Assembly (NCBI GenBank): GCA_963699755.1
Contig: CAVOVB010000001.1
Location: 416,001-480,000, forward strand
DNA from: an uncultured delta proteobacterium
GTDB lineage: Bacteria > Myxococcota_A > Polyangia > Polyangiales > Houyiibacteriaceae
Length of the DNA stretch: 64,000 nucleotides
Direction of reading: 5' to 3'
The notes beneath the pieces were generated by a model. That model saw only the letters and a list, made by a program, of their open reading frames with translations, was not told the DNA's origin and did no database searches. Positions 27,713-38,046 of the stretch are shown one piece after another; within the stretch, counting starts at the first letter, position 1; each line of letters opens with the position of its first letter. The position numbers were made by a program, and so were the translations under genes.

Positions 27713-29191
27713 TCAGCGTCGATGTCGGCCCGCTTGTCTCTCCAAGAAGCGGATGAAGTCGTGCCCGAAGGCATCGTTCGGGCGGAGCTTCGCATAGACA
27801 TTCACCTCTGCCAGCGCCGTTTCGTATTGGAAGAAGCTATGGACGTTGTAGATCGCCGCGTACTTGTAGACGTCGGGATGATTTGGAGCCAGTGTCTTAA
27901 GACGCGTAATCAACGGCATGACGTGAACAGGGCGCCGACCGGTAATCACGTTCAGCCGGAGCAGCGCCATGAGGACCTCGATATCGTCGCTCGCCCGCTC
28001 ATGGGCCTTTTCGAGCGCGCGGATCTGCGCGGCCATTTCTTCGTCCTCACTACACGAGTACCGGTCTTCTCTCGGCAGGGGCAGGTCCTTGCCGCTCGAT
28101 TGGGGTGCGTCCGGAAGGAGCGCGACGTAGGGGTAGTCGCCGCGCGCGATCCACCAGCTCGGGCTGGGTCCCATCACGACGAGGCGGCGCTGGTGCACGA
28201 TGTCGAACTTCCAGCCCGTCGATGTGCGGCAGAACAAGAACGGTGCGTTGTCCCACCCGTCGCGGTTGCCGAACCAGATCACTGCGTGATCCTCGTCCTG
28301 TCGCACCTCGTAGTCGGCCTGACGCCAGTGTGGGAGCGAGCGCACGGTGCGAGGATCGGGGTGGTCGGCGCTGCCCATCGCCATCTTGGTCATCTCGGTG
28401 TACACATCCACGTCGATGTCGGCGCCTTCACCCGCCCACTTCAGCAATAAGGTTTCCCAGGCCTCCTTCGCAGAGCGTGCTCCGAGACGCGCGCCATGCG
28501 GGGCCGCAATCATGGCGTCGTCTTCTTTGCGCCCGTAGCGATCGAGGCTGCGCTTTGCTCCGGCGCCGCCGGAAAGCAGCTCTCGATCGAGCTTGGCGAT
28601 GCGATCGGCGCCGTCTCTCCCATAGTGTTCGAGCTCGGCTCGCTTTTCGATCTCTTCCATGACCGCAGCGAGACCGGTCCCGATATCGCCGGTGAGATAG
28701 TACGGACGCAGCTGCAGATCTTGGATGTCTGCAGTGAATGCATCGGTGAACACGTCTTCGAGCTCGTAGGTCACTTCGAGCTTCACCTGTTTGTCGTCTT
28801 CCACCAGTAGCAGGAGCAACCCGCGCCCATCCTTGTCGCCGCCGATTCGCCAGCGGTCCACGAGCTTGACCGCGACCTCCTCGAGATAGGTCCCTGCCGG
28901 AAGCTTGGGCAAGGTCACGATGACCGCCTCGATTTGGACGCGTTGGGACATTCGGCGCAGAAACCGCCCGATGTTTTCTTCGTAGTGGTGGAGGTCGCCC
29001 GTGTAGTCGAACAACTGACGGCCTATCTCCGGTCGACTCTCGATTGAAAAGCGCTGTAACGGCGGCGTGCTGTGGGTATCCCGGTGTGTGGTCTTCAGCC
29101 CTATAGCAACGAGCCCCGTCACCAAAACCCCAGCGGCGATCAGCCACCTCATTCGTGCCCCATGAGCCGCTGGGCTCCGTTCCCCTCCCAT
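27713..29191 (-). CDS. TPM (TLP18.3/Psb32/MOLO-1) domain protein with C-terminal TPR-like region
   Basis: WRIGGDKDGRGLLLLL..VKLEVTYELEDVFTD, SGGAGA. Confidence 0.75.
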   Translation of the reverse strand: MGGERSPAAHGARMRWLIAAGVLVTGLVAIGLKTTHRDTHSTPPLQRFSIESRPEIGRQLFDYTGDLHHYEENIGRFLRRMSQRVQIEAVIVTLPKLPAGTYLEEVAVKLVDRWRIGGDKDGRGLLLLLVEDDKQVKLEVTYELEDVFTDAFTADIQDLQLRPYYLTGDIGTGLAAVMEEIEKRAELEHYGRDGADRIAKLDRELLSGGAGAKRSLDRYGRKEDDAMIAAPHGARLGARSAKEAWETLLLKWAGEGADIDVDVYTEMTKMAMGSADHPDPRTVRSLPHWRQADYEVRQDEDHAVIWFGNRDGWDNAPFLFCRTSTGWKFDIVHQRRLVVMGPSPSWWIARGDYPYVALLPDAPQSSGKDLPLPREDRYSCSEDEEMAAQIRALEKAHERASDDIEVLMALLRLNVITGRRPVHVMPLITRLKTLAPNHPDVYKYAAIYNVHSFFQYETALAEVNVYAKLRPNDAFGHDFIRFLERQAGRHRR

Positions 29192-29245
29192 GCCCTCAGT
29201 CTAACGGGTGATAGATCTGCCTCGCAAAACTGGGCAGGTCTTTGT

Positions 29246-29283
29246 GAGCTCATCACCCAAAGGTCGCCGGTTCAAATCCGGCC
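29246..29283 (+). other. Degenerate tRNA-Met(CAT)-like 3' fragment
   Basis: GAGCTCATCACCCAAAGGTCGCCGGTTCAAATCCGGCC resembles an initiator tRNA anticodon arm plus T arm; no acceptor stem. Confidence 0.5.
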
Positions 29284-29534
29284 TTTTCGGCACTTGCTGT
29301 CTCCTGCTGGCGAAAAACACGCTGCCAAAGCTGAGCTCGTTGAACGGCGTTCGGAAATGGGAAGCAGACGAAGGAGATCCGACCGACGTTGACGGAAGCG
29401 AAGGCCGATGGGAGGGCTAAGCACCAAGCCGTCGTGAGCCGACCGGGCACCCGAGTTGCTCGGCGAAAGCCCTCCCAGCCTCGTTGCCGGCGGCGTTAGT
29501 GCTGATTCGGGCGCATATGGGAGAGCTGGCAGAT

Positions 29535-29631
29535 AGTCGATATGAACGCCTTTGAGGTTCACGTCCGGCGCGACATGAGATCTAGTACCGCGTAATTCAG
29601 ACTTCCGACTGGGCCCAATCGGCTAAGAGAG
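29535..29631 (+). repeat. Double dif/xrs-like element
   Basis: AGTCGATATGA-ACGCC-TTTGAGGTTCA-CGTCCG-GCGCGACATGA-GATCTAG-TACCGCGTAAT plus 35-nt tail ending GGCTAAGAGAG. Confidence 0.85.
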
Positions 29632-29780
29632 CGGGGCACCCCAGCGCCTCCGGTAGAGCTGGACCGATTCAGGAGTAGACGCGACCTGAATGTCGGTCGA
29701 AAAGCCCGGATAGCGGATGAATGGCGGTTGCATGCCGACGAGGTCGAAGTGCTCGACTACTATCCGTAAAGGAGAAAACA

Positions 29781-30449
29781 ATGCCAAAGAAAGTGCGGGA
29801 ACCCATGATCGTGCGCCAGATACTCGCTAGCTTTGCTGCTTTGTCGATTCTCGCTCCGAGCGTGTCGATCGCACAATCGCGAGACCAGGTTTCGGCGCAA
29901 GAAGAAGCGCAAGGAGTAGACGAAGAGGACCCCAAAGAAACCAAAGTCGGCATCGTCGAGCAAGAGGAGGAGCTCAAGAACGGACTGCTATTCGGCTTCT
30001 CGCACGCGTTTCGTCTCTCGCGAAACCGACAAGGCGCTGCTGCAAGCGAGTTGCGCGGCTCCGAAAACGTCTATGGCCTCCTGTTTGGCTACGAACGAAT
30101 CCTCCACCGCTCCCTCGCGCTCAGCGTCATCAAGCCCTTCTACTTCAACAGCAAGCGGGTCGATTCGTCGCTCGAGATCGTCTTGGCCGGCAAATACCGC
30201 AAAAACAGATGGGAGCCTTTCCTCGGAGCCGGAGTCGTCTCCACAATCAGCAGCGTCACCGAGGAACAAGGCGGGGAAAAGGTCGAGACGGTCGACTTTT
30301 CAGTGGGGCTTCTATTAATCGTGGGTTTCAAGTATTTCTTTTCGCCCAACTGGGCAATCGAGCTGGAGTTTGGCTACGAGCTCGCACCCAAGCGCACCAC
30401 CGTCGAGCACGCTTTCGCCGATTCGTACCAAGGTGCGTATTTCTTCTAA
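29781..30449 (+). CDS. Putative small outer-membrane beta-barrel protein
   Basis: RBS AAGGAG, signal peptide, amphipathic strands, GFKYFF, terminal YFF. Confidence 0.6.
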   Translation: MPKKVREPMIVRQILASFAALSILAPSVSIAQSRDQVSAQEEAQGVDEEDPKETKVGIVEQEEELKNGLLFGFSHAFRLSRNRQGAAASELRGSENVYGLLFGYERILHRSLALSVIKPFYFNSKRVDSSLEIVLAGKYRKNRWEPFLGAGVVSTISSVTEEQGGEKVETVDFSVGLLLIVGFKYFFSPNWAIELEFGYELAPKRTTVEHAFADSYQGAYFF

Positions 30450-30474
30450 GGGCCTCAGCAGTCTTGCAGAAGGA

Positions 30475-31975
30475 TGTACGTCATCAGAGTATTTCGGAGA
30501 AGAGGGCATGTTTGTTAAGAGACGGTTCGTGGTTTTGACCTAGGCCGCGTTTGCGGCCCGGTACTCCTTTTTGCGACGCTGCATCGTAAGCTGCTTGATC
30601 TTGTCCCGTTCGGATAGGACCCGGTGGCGCCGGCCGTAGTACACGTCGGCCGGCGTGCAGTTGTCGAGCGACTCGTGGTAGCGGCGATGGTTGTAGTAGG
30701 CGACGAAGTCGCGCACCGCTGCCTCCAGCTCCCACGGGAAGTAGTAGTGCTGTAGCTTCACGACGTTCTTCATCGAGCGGTGGTAGCGCTCGATCTTCCC
30801 CTGCGTTTGCGGGTGGTACGGGCGGCCTCGGGTGTGCGTCATGCCCTGCTCCTGCAGGTAGCTCTGCAAGTCCTTCGATACGTAGGCCGGTCCGTTGTCG
30901 CTCAGGGTCTCGGACGATGGCGCACTCGCACGCTCTGTACTCCGGTGAGCGCCAGTGCTTCGTCGAGCGTCTCGGTCACGTCCGTGGTCGCCATCGTCGG
31001 GCCCAGTTTGTAGGCGAGGATGAAGCGCGAGAAGTCATCCATCACCGTCGACAGGTAGTACCAGCCCCAGCCGACGACCCGCAGGTACGTGAAGTCGGTC
31101 TGCCACATCTCGTGTACCCGCTTGGTCGGATGCTTGAAGCGGTCCGACGCGCTCATCAGGACGTACGCCGGGCTCGTGATCAGATCGGCGGCCTTGAGGA
31201 TGCGGTAGACGCTCGATTCGCTCGGGAAATACTGGCGCTCATCGATGAAGTGGCACGCGAGCTCCCGGGCTGAAAGCTCCGTCTTTTTGAGGGCCAAATC
31301 GATCACCTCGGCCCGGACCTTCTCGGGGACTTGGTTCCATCTCGGACGCGGCGGCGGCGTCTTGTCTTGCAGGGCATCGAATCCACCGTCGACATACCGC
31401 TTGTACCGGCTGTAAGAGGTGCTCGATGGGATGCCAGTTGTCGCAGCGTGACCCGTACCGGCAAGTCGGTGCGCTCGGCCATGTCAATCAGCTCCATCTT
31501 CTCGGATGCACTGCGTCTCATGTGCCGTCCTTGTCGCCATGACCCATCAGACTTTTTTTGAGCACACGGTTCTTGAGCGTCATCTCCGCGACGACCTCCT
31601 TGAGCTCACTGTTTTCGGTTCGCAGGTTCTTGACCTCGGTGATCGTCGCCTCCCGCACCGTGTCGCCGCTCAGCTGCTTCTTACCGGCCTCCAGGAAGTC
31701 CTCGCTCCAGCGGTAGTACAGATTCGCGGCGATACCTTCGCGTCGGCACAACTCGGCCACGCTGACCTCACTGCGCAGGCCGTCGAGCACGATCCGGATC
31801 TTTTCTTCCGCAGAAAACCTCCGGCGCGTCTTGCGACGGATGTCACGCACGGCGGCCTCACTCGAAGCGTTTCTCTCTTCTCGGCATGGGACACTCCTCA
31901 GCAGGGCTCTCGCCCTCGGCACAGTGTCTCTTAACTCAGAGCCCTTTTGTCTCCGAGTTCTTCTGACGGGCTACA
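30475..31975 (-). mobile_element. IS3/IS481-related two-ORF insertion sequence, frameshifted
   Basis: About 50-bp IRs TGT..TCAGA..TCGGAGA..TTAAGAGAC; orfA RRFSAEEKIRIVL; ATGA coupling at 31518-31521; WQTDFTY, SDNG, HPQTQGKIERYH; no target duplication seen. Confidence 0.88.
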
Positions 31976-32995
31976 ATCTCACTTCACCCCGACGATCGGC
32001 GCCTCGAACGAAAGGAGCTTCAACAAATTGTGGAAAGACTCGTGGATACTCTGGGGTTTTCCGAACACCAATACATCGCCGTGCGTCACAGCGACACCGA
32101 CCACGAGCACATCCACGTCGCGATTAACAAGATCCATCCCGAGACCTTTCGGATTCACTCCCCCTCCTGGGACCACCAGAAGCTATTCACCGGGGCCCAA
32201 GCCCTCGAGCGGGAGCTGGGCCTGACACCCATGCGGTCGAGGACGCGCGAGAGCGAGAGGGTCCCGCAACGAGCCGCGGACTGCGAAGCGCACCATGGAA
32301 CCGACAGCTTCGCGCGCTGGGCCCGGGAAAAGCTCCGACCTGCTCTTCGTGCAACTGAACTACCAAGCTGGGATGACCTGCATGGCGTCTGCGGCCGTTT
32401 TGGCGTCGTGATTCGGCCTCACGGCAACGGACTTGTATGTGAGGATGTGGATCGAGGTGTCCGTGTGAAAGCCTCTTTCGTCGCTCGCGAGCTCAGCAAG
32501 AATCGGCTCTGCCAACGGCTGGGACCTTTTCAACCGGCGTTGGAGCGCCAGTTAGAAGCGGCACTCCAGGCGCCCCTTCGGTACTCGCCCATGCCAACCA
32601 GGGCACCCCAGAGCTTGTGGAAGGAGTACGAACAGAGCCTCGACCAAGCGCGTAAGCAGCGCCAAGAGGCATGGGCCGGCTACCGAGACTCTGCCTCTCG
32701 CGAGCGTCAACAACTGGGGCAGAAGTACCGCCTCCAACGAAGGGTCATCAATGCCCTACCCGTCTCAGTTCGCGATCGAAGCCAGCTGCTGCGACAACTC
32801 GCGCTTCGACAAGCCATCGAAAGCCGGACCCTCGAGCGAAAGCTTGCGATCCAACGGAAGGCGATTCGAAAGACCTGGCATCCCGGCACCTGGCGGCACT
32901 GCATAGCGAGGCGCGCCGCCGAGCGCGACGCCCGCGCGATGCGGCTTCTGAGGCGACTGGAACGGGGCCGCTCCAACGAAGGAAGGGAGTTGTGA
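31976..32995 (+). pseudogene. Conjugative relaxase (TraI/MobA MOB-P-like), 5' truncated by the IS
   Basis: HQYIAVRHSDTDHEHIHVAINKIHP (3H motif), LERELGL, VKAS..LGPF. Confidence 0.8.
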
Positions 32996-33104
32996 GATTC
33001 AGTAGAGCAACGCGCCCGACGGCGACTCAGGCTCTGTCTCGAGCTCGGTTTTCGCCTGCTCCCGCCGGCAACATGAGGTCTTCGAGAAAGAACGCCGCAA
33101 GGTC

Positions 33105-33404
33105 ATGCCTTCCGGAGAGCCCAGCCTTCTTGTAGACCGCCCGGGCCTGCTGGCGAGCGCGATCGTTCTTGCATTGATGCTCCTACCCCTCGTGCTCCCT
33201 CAAGGCCCTTTGCGCGCCGCGGTGGCGGTGGGCGCCTGCCTCGGCACGTTGCTGGTCTTCGGGCTGGGGTACGGAACAGGAGAAGCCGGTGGTCGACTAG
33301 TCTATGAGCACGGAGCGGCGCAGGCCTATGTCGCGCCTGGAGGTGTGTTGCCCGGAGACCGCATCCCTTCGGATGAAAATGCGGACGACGACAGTGATGA
33401 CTGA
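33105..33404 (+). pseudogene. Membrane protein C-terminal fragment (DUF2231-like)
   Basis: Two TM segments ending TGEAGGRLVYEHGAA. Confidence 0.45.
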
Positions 33405-33507
33405 CGAACACAACGAACGACATCGTACGGAACGGACCACGCCGAAATGATGATTCGAAGGCTTGGCGACCAGCGGTGTCGCAGCGATCGGCTATGATGC
33501 GCGGGCA

Positions 33508-34173
33508 ATGTTCAAGAGAACCAAAGGCCCTCAGGCGAGGCGACCTCAGCGGTTGCTCGAGCGGCTGCGCGATGAACGGAGCAGGCGAGTCGTATTTGTC
33601 GCGCATTGCATACTGAATGAGAACACTCGCTACCTAGGCGGCGCTTTTCGACCGGGCGTTGTCGAGGAGGTGCTGGAGACCTACGTCCGTCAAGGCATCG
33701 GGATCTACCAGATGCCGTGCCCAGAACAGCGGGCCTGGGGTGGGGTTCTGAAACGCTGGATGCTCCTCTTCTATGGCTCTGAGGGGACCGCTATACACAG
33801 GCTACGAGGCCTGATCGTGCCACTCTTCTTGGCCTACACTCGAGCGTTCTATCGGCGGCTCGCGGCCCGTATTGCTCGAGACATCCAGGACTACGCTCGC
33901 TCGGGCTTTGAGGTGGTTGGCATCGTTGGGATCGGAGGTTCGCCTTCATGCGGGGTCGACCGTACGTTGGATTTGAAACGTTCGCTCCCTGTTCTCGCGT
34001 CTACGCCGATCGGTCAACTTCAGCGCGAGACATTCAACGAACGTGCCATCGTGCGGTGCCTTGCCGAGGGGCAAGGACTTTTCATCGAAGCCCTCGAGCG
34101 CGAGCTCGATCGTCGCGGCTTGCACGTTCCTTTTCTCGAACACGATCTCATCGGGGAGATGCACGGCAAGTGA
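33508..34173 (+). CDS. DUF523 / TudS-related (2-thiouracil desulfurase family) Fe-S protein
   Basis: FVAHCILNEN, QMPCPE, GIGGSPSCG, GLFIEAL. Confidence 0.75.
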   Translation: MFKRTKGPQARRPQRLLERLRDERSRRVVFVAHCILNENTRYLGGAFRPGVVEEVLETYVRQGIGIYQMPCPEQRAWGGVLKRWMLLFYGSEGTAIHRLRGLIVPLFLAYTRAFYRRLAARIARDIQDYARSGFEVVGIVGIGGSPSCGVDRTLDLKRSLPVLASTPIGQLQRETFNERAIVRCLAEGQGLFIEALERELDRRGLHVPFLEHDLIGEMHGK

Positions 34174-34631
34174 CGCGACGGTTCGACATCTCCACGCGTT
34201 TGGCAGCTACTCCGGCTGACGTGTGGGCACGGTGTACCTCAGTGCAAGGTGTCGCGCGCGAGCTCAGTCCTTGGTTTCGCATGACCTTTCCGCGTGGAAT
34301 CGAAGACTTAACGCCACCGAACGTCGAACTGGGGAAGCGCTTGTTTCGCAGTTGGATGCTCTTATTTGGAGTGCTGCCGGTTGACTTCGACGATGTCACG
34401 TTCGTCGAACTAGAGCCGGGCCACCGGTTCGTGGAACGTTCAACCATGGCAAGCCAGCGCGTTTGGTTTCACGAGCGCATCGTTGAACCATGTGACGGAG
34501 ATACACTGATCACCGACAGGCTCGAATGGGAGGGCCGCCTCCCAGGCGCTGAGCTTGTCTTCGCCGCCGTCGTACCACGGCTATTCGGATGGCGACATCG
34601 ACAGCTGAAGCGGAACTTCGGCGAGGCATGA
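34170..34631 (+). CDS. SRPBCC (START-like) family protein
   Basis: GTG overlapping the upstream TGA; DVW..ELSPW..RFVERS..WFHER..ITDRL..RH. Confidence 0.7.
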   Translation: MTRRFDISTRLAATPADVWARCTSVQGVARELSPWFRMTFPRGIEDLTPPNVELGKRLFRSWMLLFGVLPVDFDDVTFVELEPGHRFVERSTMASQRVWFHERIVEPCDGDTLITDRLEWEGRLPGAELVFAAVVPRLFGWRHRQLKRNFGEA

Positions 34632-34691
34632 GCGACTTCAGATGGTTTGCAATTTGCGCACCCTTCGTGGGCTCGCCGCCCGCGCATCTTG

Positions 34692-35282
34692 TTACGTCTT
34701 GCGCGCAACGAAGAACCCGAAGTGGCCCTCGTCATGCGACGCCTCGACGTGTAGCCCTGCTGCTTCGAGTGCGCGGGCGAGTCGCGCGTGATCAAATCGG
34801 TCTTCCCTGGGGTGGTCCAGTAGGGCGCGCGCCAGCGGATGCTTGAGGAACTTCTCGTAGATTTCGTCAGCGTAGAAGCGCCCCCCAGGCTTGAGGACGC
34901 GATGGACCTCACCAAGCGCTGCTCTCCAGTCCGGAATGTGATGAATGATGCCGAAATCGAAGACAGCGTCGTAGGTGCCATCTTCAGCCCGGATGTCTGT
35001 TGCGTCGCCTATCCACAGTGAAACCCGGTCGCCAAAGCGCTCGAGACGGGCTTGTGCGCGGCGAACCATATCCGGGTCGAGATCGAACGCATCCACAGTG
35101 TCCGCGCCGAATTGCTCGAGGATGATCTCCACACCGACGCCCCGCCCGCATCCGATTTCGAGCGCCCGACCCCCAGTCGTGGCGCCGCCCAGTTCGCGGA
35201 GGCGCTTTGCCTCGTAGTAGCGCTGCGCTGCCTCACGCAGGGGGTTGTTCATCAAGAGCTTTTCGACTTTGTTGAGTAGCAT
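34692..35282 (-). CDS. Class I SAM-dependent methyltransferase
   Basis: ALEIGCGRG, FDLDP, GDAT, YDAVF, RVLKPGG. Confidence 0.9.
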   Translation of the reverse strand: MLLNKVEKLLMNNPLREAAQRYYEAKRLRELGGATTGGRALEIGCGRGVGVEIILEQFGADTVDAFDLDPDMVRRAQARLERFGDRVSLWIGDATDIRAEDGTYDAVFDFGIIHHIPDWRAALGEVHRVLKPGGRFYADEIYEKFLKHPLARALLDHPREDRFDHARLARALEAAGLHVEASHDEGHFGFFVARKT

Positions 35283-36457
35283 CAGTCGACTTTCTTTTGA
35301 GCTGAGAGCGGCGGCTCGGATTGATCGCGCGGTGGGGCGGAGCTTCCTCGAGGCGAGGATCCCCCACGCCTGAGCAGGCTCCCCGTCATGAAGACCGAAA
35401 TGAAGATCAAAGCGAATGGCACCCAGGTGCCCAGCGCACTCGAGAACATCGCGAAGCTCCGCTGGATCAACCAAGCGACGATCAGGGCGTCGAGCGCGAC
35501 TACGATCGCCGTGAAGGTGCCGGCGACGAAGATGGGACGGCGACCGCCGCTGCGCAGGAACAGATGCGCGGTGACGGCGGCGAAGATGATCGGCGCGCCG
35601 ACCGCGTGCGCGACGATTGCACTGGGTTCTGACACCGTCGCGAGCAGCGCGCCCATCAACGCCCCGCAGGCTGCCCAGCCGACGACGCCGTGCGCGATCA
35701 AAGCGGCGAGCGATGCGCGCGGGATTCCGATGTCGGATGCACCTGGTCGCCGAAAGCGAAAGTCGCAGCACTCCCCGCCCTCAGCAAGCGTCGTCGTGCG
35801 GATGAGCTCGATGCCGACCAGCTCCGTGTGCGGCCAGTCGAGCTCACACAGGACGGGCGCGAGCTCCTCGGCACCTTCGGCGCGCAGGAACTTGATGATC
35901 CCGCACTCGACGAAGTCGATGCCGAAGTCGAAGCACCCGGGCTCGCCCGGGACGAAGCGGGAGACGTAGTCATCCGGGTTCGGGCGGTCCTGAGAGGCAA
36001 TGGCGAGCCGGCGCACCTTCTTCTGATTCGCCGGGCCCATCCGAATTCGTCCGTAGAGGCCTCTCAGCACGCGCGGATAGCGGGACCAGTAGGTTCTGAA
36101 GATCTCGCAAAAAAGCTCCGGTGCTTCGTCGAGCGTCAGCCCGCGCGGCACGAGCACTCGCCACAGGGCGAGCCAGAATGCCGATCCGTACAGGCTGAAC
36201 GAGCGATGGTTCGCCGAGCCGCCGATCCACGGCAAGCGATCGATGACCGCTTCGTACTCTGCGCGAGTTTCGGCGATCGCCACATCGAGGCCCTCCTCGC
36301 CGAATCGGTCCACCAGCAAGACCCGCAGTGTCGTCACACCGCGATCGAATTGTCGCAATAGGCGGCCGCGCAGACGCGGGTCTCGATCCACGGCCCTCTC
36401 GCTTGGACGATGGGGGGGGTTGAGATTCGTCGTAGCCAGCTGCTCCATCTCATCCAT
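35282..36457 (-). CDS. L-2-amino-thiazoline-4-carboxylate hydrolase family domain fused to a 4-TM domain
   Basis: ECGIIKF..LCELD..LIRTTTLAEGGECCDFRF followed by hydrophobic HGVVGWAACG..TWVPFALIF. Confidence 0.7.
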   Translation of the reverse strand: MDEMEQLATTNLNPPHRPSERAVDRDPRLRGRLLRQFDRGVTTLRVLLVDRFGEEGLDVAIAETRAEYEAVIDRLPWIGGSANHRSFSLYGSAFWLALWRVLVPRGLTLDEAPELFCEIFRTYWSRYPRVLRGLYGRIRMGPANQKKVRRLAIASQDRPNPDDYVSRFVPGEPGCFDFGIDFVECGIIKFLRAEGAEELAPVLCELDWPHTELVGIELIRTTTLAEGGECCDFRFRRPGASDIGIPRASLAALIAHGVVGWAACGALMGALLATVSEPSAIVAHAVGAPIIFAAVTAHLFLRSGGRRPIFVAGTFTAIVVALDALIVAWLIQRSFAMFSSALGTWVPFALIFISVFMTGSLLRRGGSSPRGSSAPPRDQSEPPLSAQKKVD

Positions 36458-36463
36458 CCAACA

Positions 36464-37183
36464 TTAGAAGCCTGAAGCGGTGATGCGTCCGTTGCCGGTT
36501 TGCAGGGTGATCGCTCCGTTGCCTTCTCCCAACACACCCATGGCGGTCTTGCTGGTCCTCACCAAGTTCTGTAGCTCGAGGTTGGAAATCTCGATGCTCC
36601 CGTTGCCGACTGCGGCAGAAAAGTCAGCCGACGTATTCACAGGTATGAAGAGATCGGTGTTGCCGTTCGCAATGGTGATTTCGACGGAGCCGCCAGGAGG
36701 GAGAGTTGCCCTGGCCGTGACATTACCGTTGCTGAGTTGCACGGACACGCTGCCATCGGTGTTGGTCGCGTCGATGTTGCCATTGGCGCTCGTGACCAGC
36801 ACTGCCAGATTCCTGGGGAGACTGATTTCGTAGTTGACGACGAAGTTACGGCGTTGGTTGTCTTGTGGCTGGATCGTCCGCACGACGATTTCCTCCGCGA
36901 ATTCCTCTACGTCGACCTGAACCTCCGGGAGCCCCTGCTGTGCTTCATCGAGGGTCTCGGCCTGCACCTCGCGTGTTCCAGCGACCGTGATCACATCGGC
37001 TCCGGCCACTCCCGCGATCGAGATGGTGCCGTTGATGGCCTCGAGCACGAGACGTGTTTGGTTCGCGACCCCCTGTTCGAAAGAGAATTCTTCCGAGACA
37101 ACCTTCCGATCGGAGCGGAAGACGTCGCCACAAGCCGCCAGCCCAACGGCGATCAGTAAGATGGAGGTTGCGGTCCGGTGCAT
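36464..37183 (-). CDS. DUF4097 (adhesin-like beta-solenoid) lipoprotein
   Basis: Lipobox LAAC; repeated NG.I/V motifs. Confidence 0.75.
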   Translation of the reverse strand: MHRTATSILLIAVGLAACGDVFRSDRKVVSEEFSFEQGVANQTRLVLEAINGTISIAGVAGADVITVAGTREVQAETLDEAQQGLPEVQVDVEEFAEEIVVRTIQPQDNQRRNFVVNYEISLPRNLAVLVTSANGNIDATNTDGSVSVQLSNGNVTARATLPPGGSVEITIANGNTDLFIPVNTSADFSAAVGNGSIEISNLELQNLVRTSKTAMGVLGEGNGAITLQTGNGRITASGF

Positions 37184-37391
37184 GGTTCGCCTCCGAACGC
37201 CCTTGTGTGCAGTCGAGCGCTGACAACAGGAAGCATGCGCCCAACTTGTTTCGCTTTTCAAGGGGATTGTCGGAAGCGCAATCAGAGCCCCAGCGGGCCG
37301 GTAAACATCTCCAGTCTGCGTTCGACAACTAGTGCGGCCGAGTCGTCGAGGCGCACTTCCATCGCTAGTCAGACCTCGGTAAGCTCGCCTC

Positions 37392-37770
37392 ATGGCTCTG
37401 ACCGGATCGCTATCGAGCAATGCGGTGGTCGCGACTCGTCACGGCGGGCCGGGGGTCTTGGAGGTGCGCGCGGTCGAGGTCGCTGCGCCTGAGCCGGGTG
37501 AAGTTCGTGTGCGGGTGGAAGCTGCGGGGATCAGCTACGCCGATCTGCTGATGTGCCAGGGGCTGCATCCAGAAGCTCGCACGGCGCCACCCGGACTGGT
37601 ATCGCAATGACCTCGCCGCCCTGTTCGCGATGCTGGCCGACGGCCATATCAATCCCCGCATCGCCGCAGTGTGGAAGCTCGACGAAGTGCCCACAGCCAT
37701 CGAGGCCCTAGCCGGCGGCGGGGCCTTGCCAGGCAAACAGGTCATCGCGGTCGCGGCGAGCTCAGAGCGA
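37392..37770 (+). pseudogene. MDR/quinone oxidoreductase remnant with internal deletion
   Basis: HGGPGVL..EVRVRVEAAGISYAD joined directly to C-terminal INPRI..GKQVI. Confidence 0.7.
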
Positions 37771-37788
37771 TGGAGATCCGATCGGATT

Positions 37789-38001
37789 CTACCGCGGAGT
37801 CATTCGCGACTCTCCATTGGACACTCTGATGAGCTGAATGCCAAAGGGAACCAGGGCGATAGCGAGCATCACGGAAGCAACCAGACCGAAGAGGTCGATG
37901 TCGATGGCAGCGGACACCCCCAAGAGCATCATCGCGACGATGAGTAACATCAGTGCGTGCCCAAGATGCATGAGCCGGTTGCCGTGGAACTCACCAACCA
38001 T
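37789..38001 (-). CDS. Small two-TM hypothetical protein
   Basis: 70 aa, two hydrophobic segments, downstream of the ketopantoate reductase-like gene. Confidence 0.35.
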   Translation of the reverse strand: MVGEFHGNRLMHLGHALMLLIVAMMLLGVSAAIDIDLFGLVASVMLAIALVPFGIQLIRVSNGESRMTPR

Positions 38002-38046
38002 GAGTGGATCGCCTCTATCACCCTTCTCGCCATTGGGGACCTCCCA

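Noticed and set aside
29290..29400. AAA ATPase gene (FPFPNAVQRAQLWQRVF on the minus strand)
   Set aside because: Only a ~30-codon scrap; too short to call.
33403..33501. Another copy of the double-xrs element before the TudS-like gene
   Set aside because: Length and ends are suggestive (GACGAACACAA ... ATCGGCTATGATG) but the internal arms do not match; needs profile scoring.
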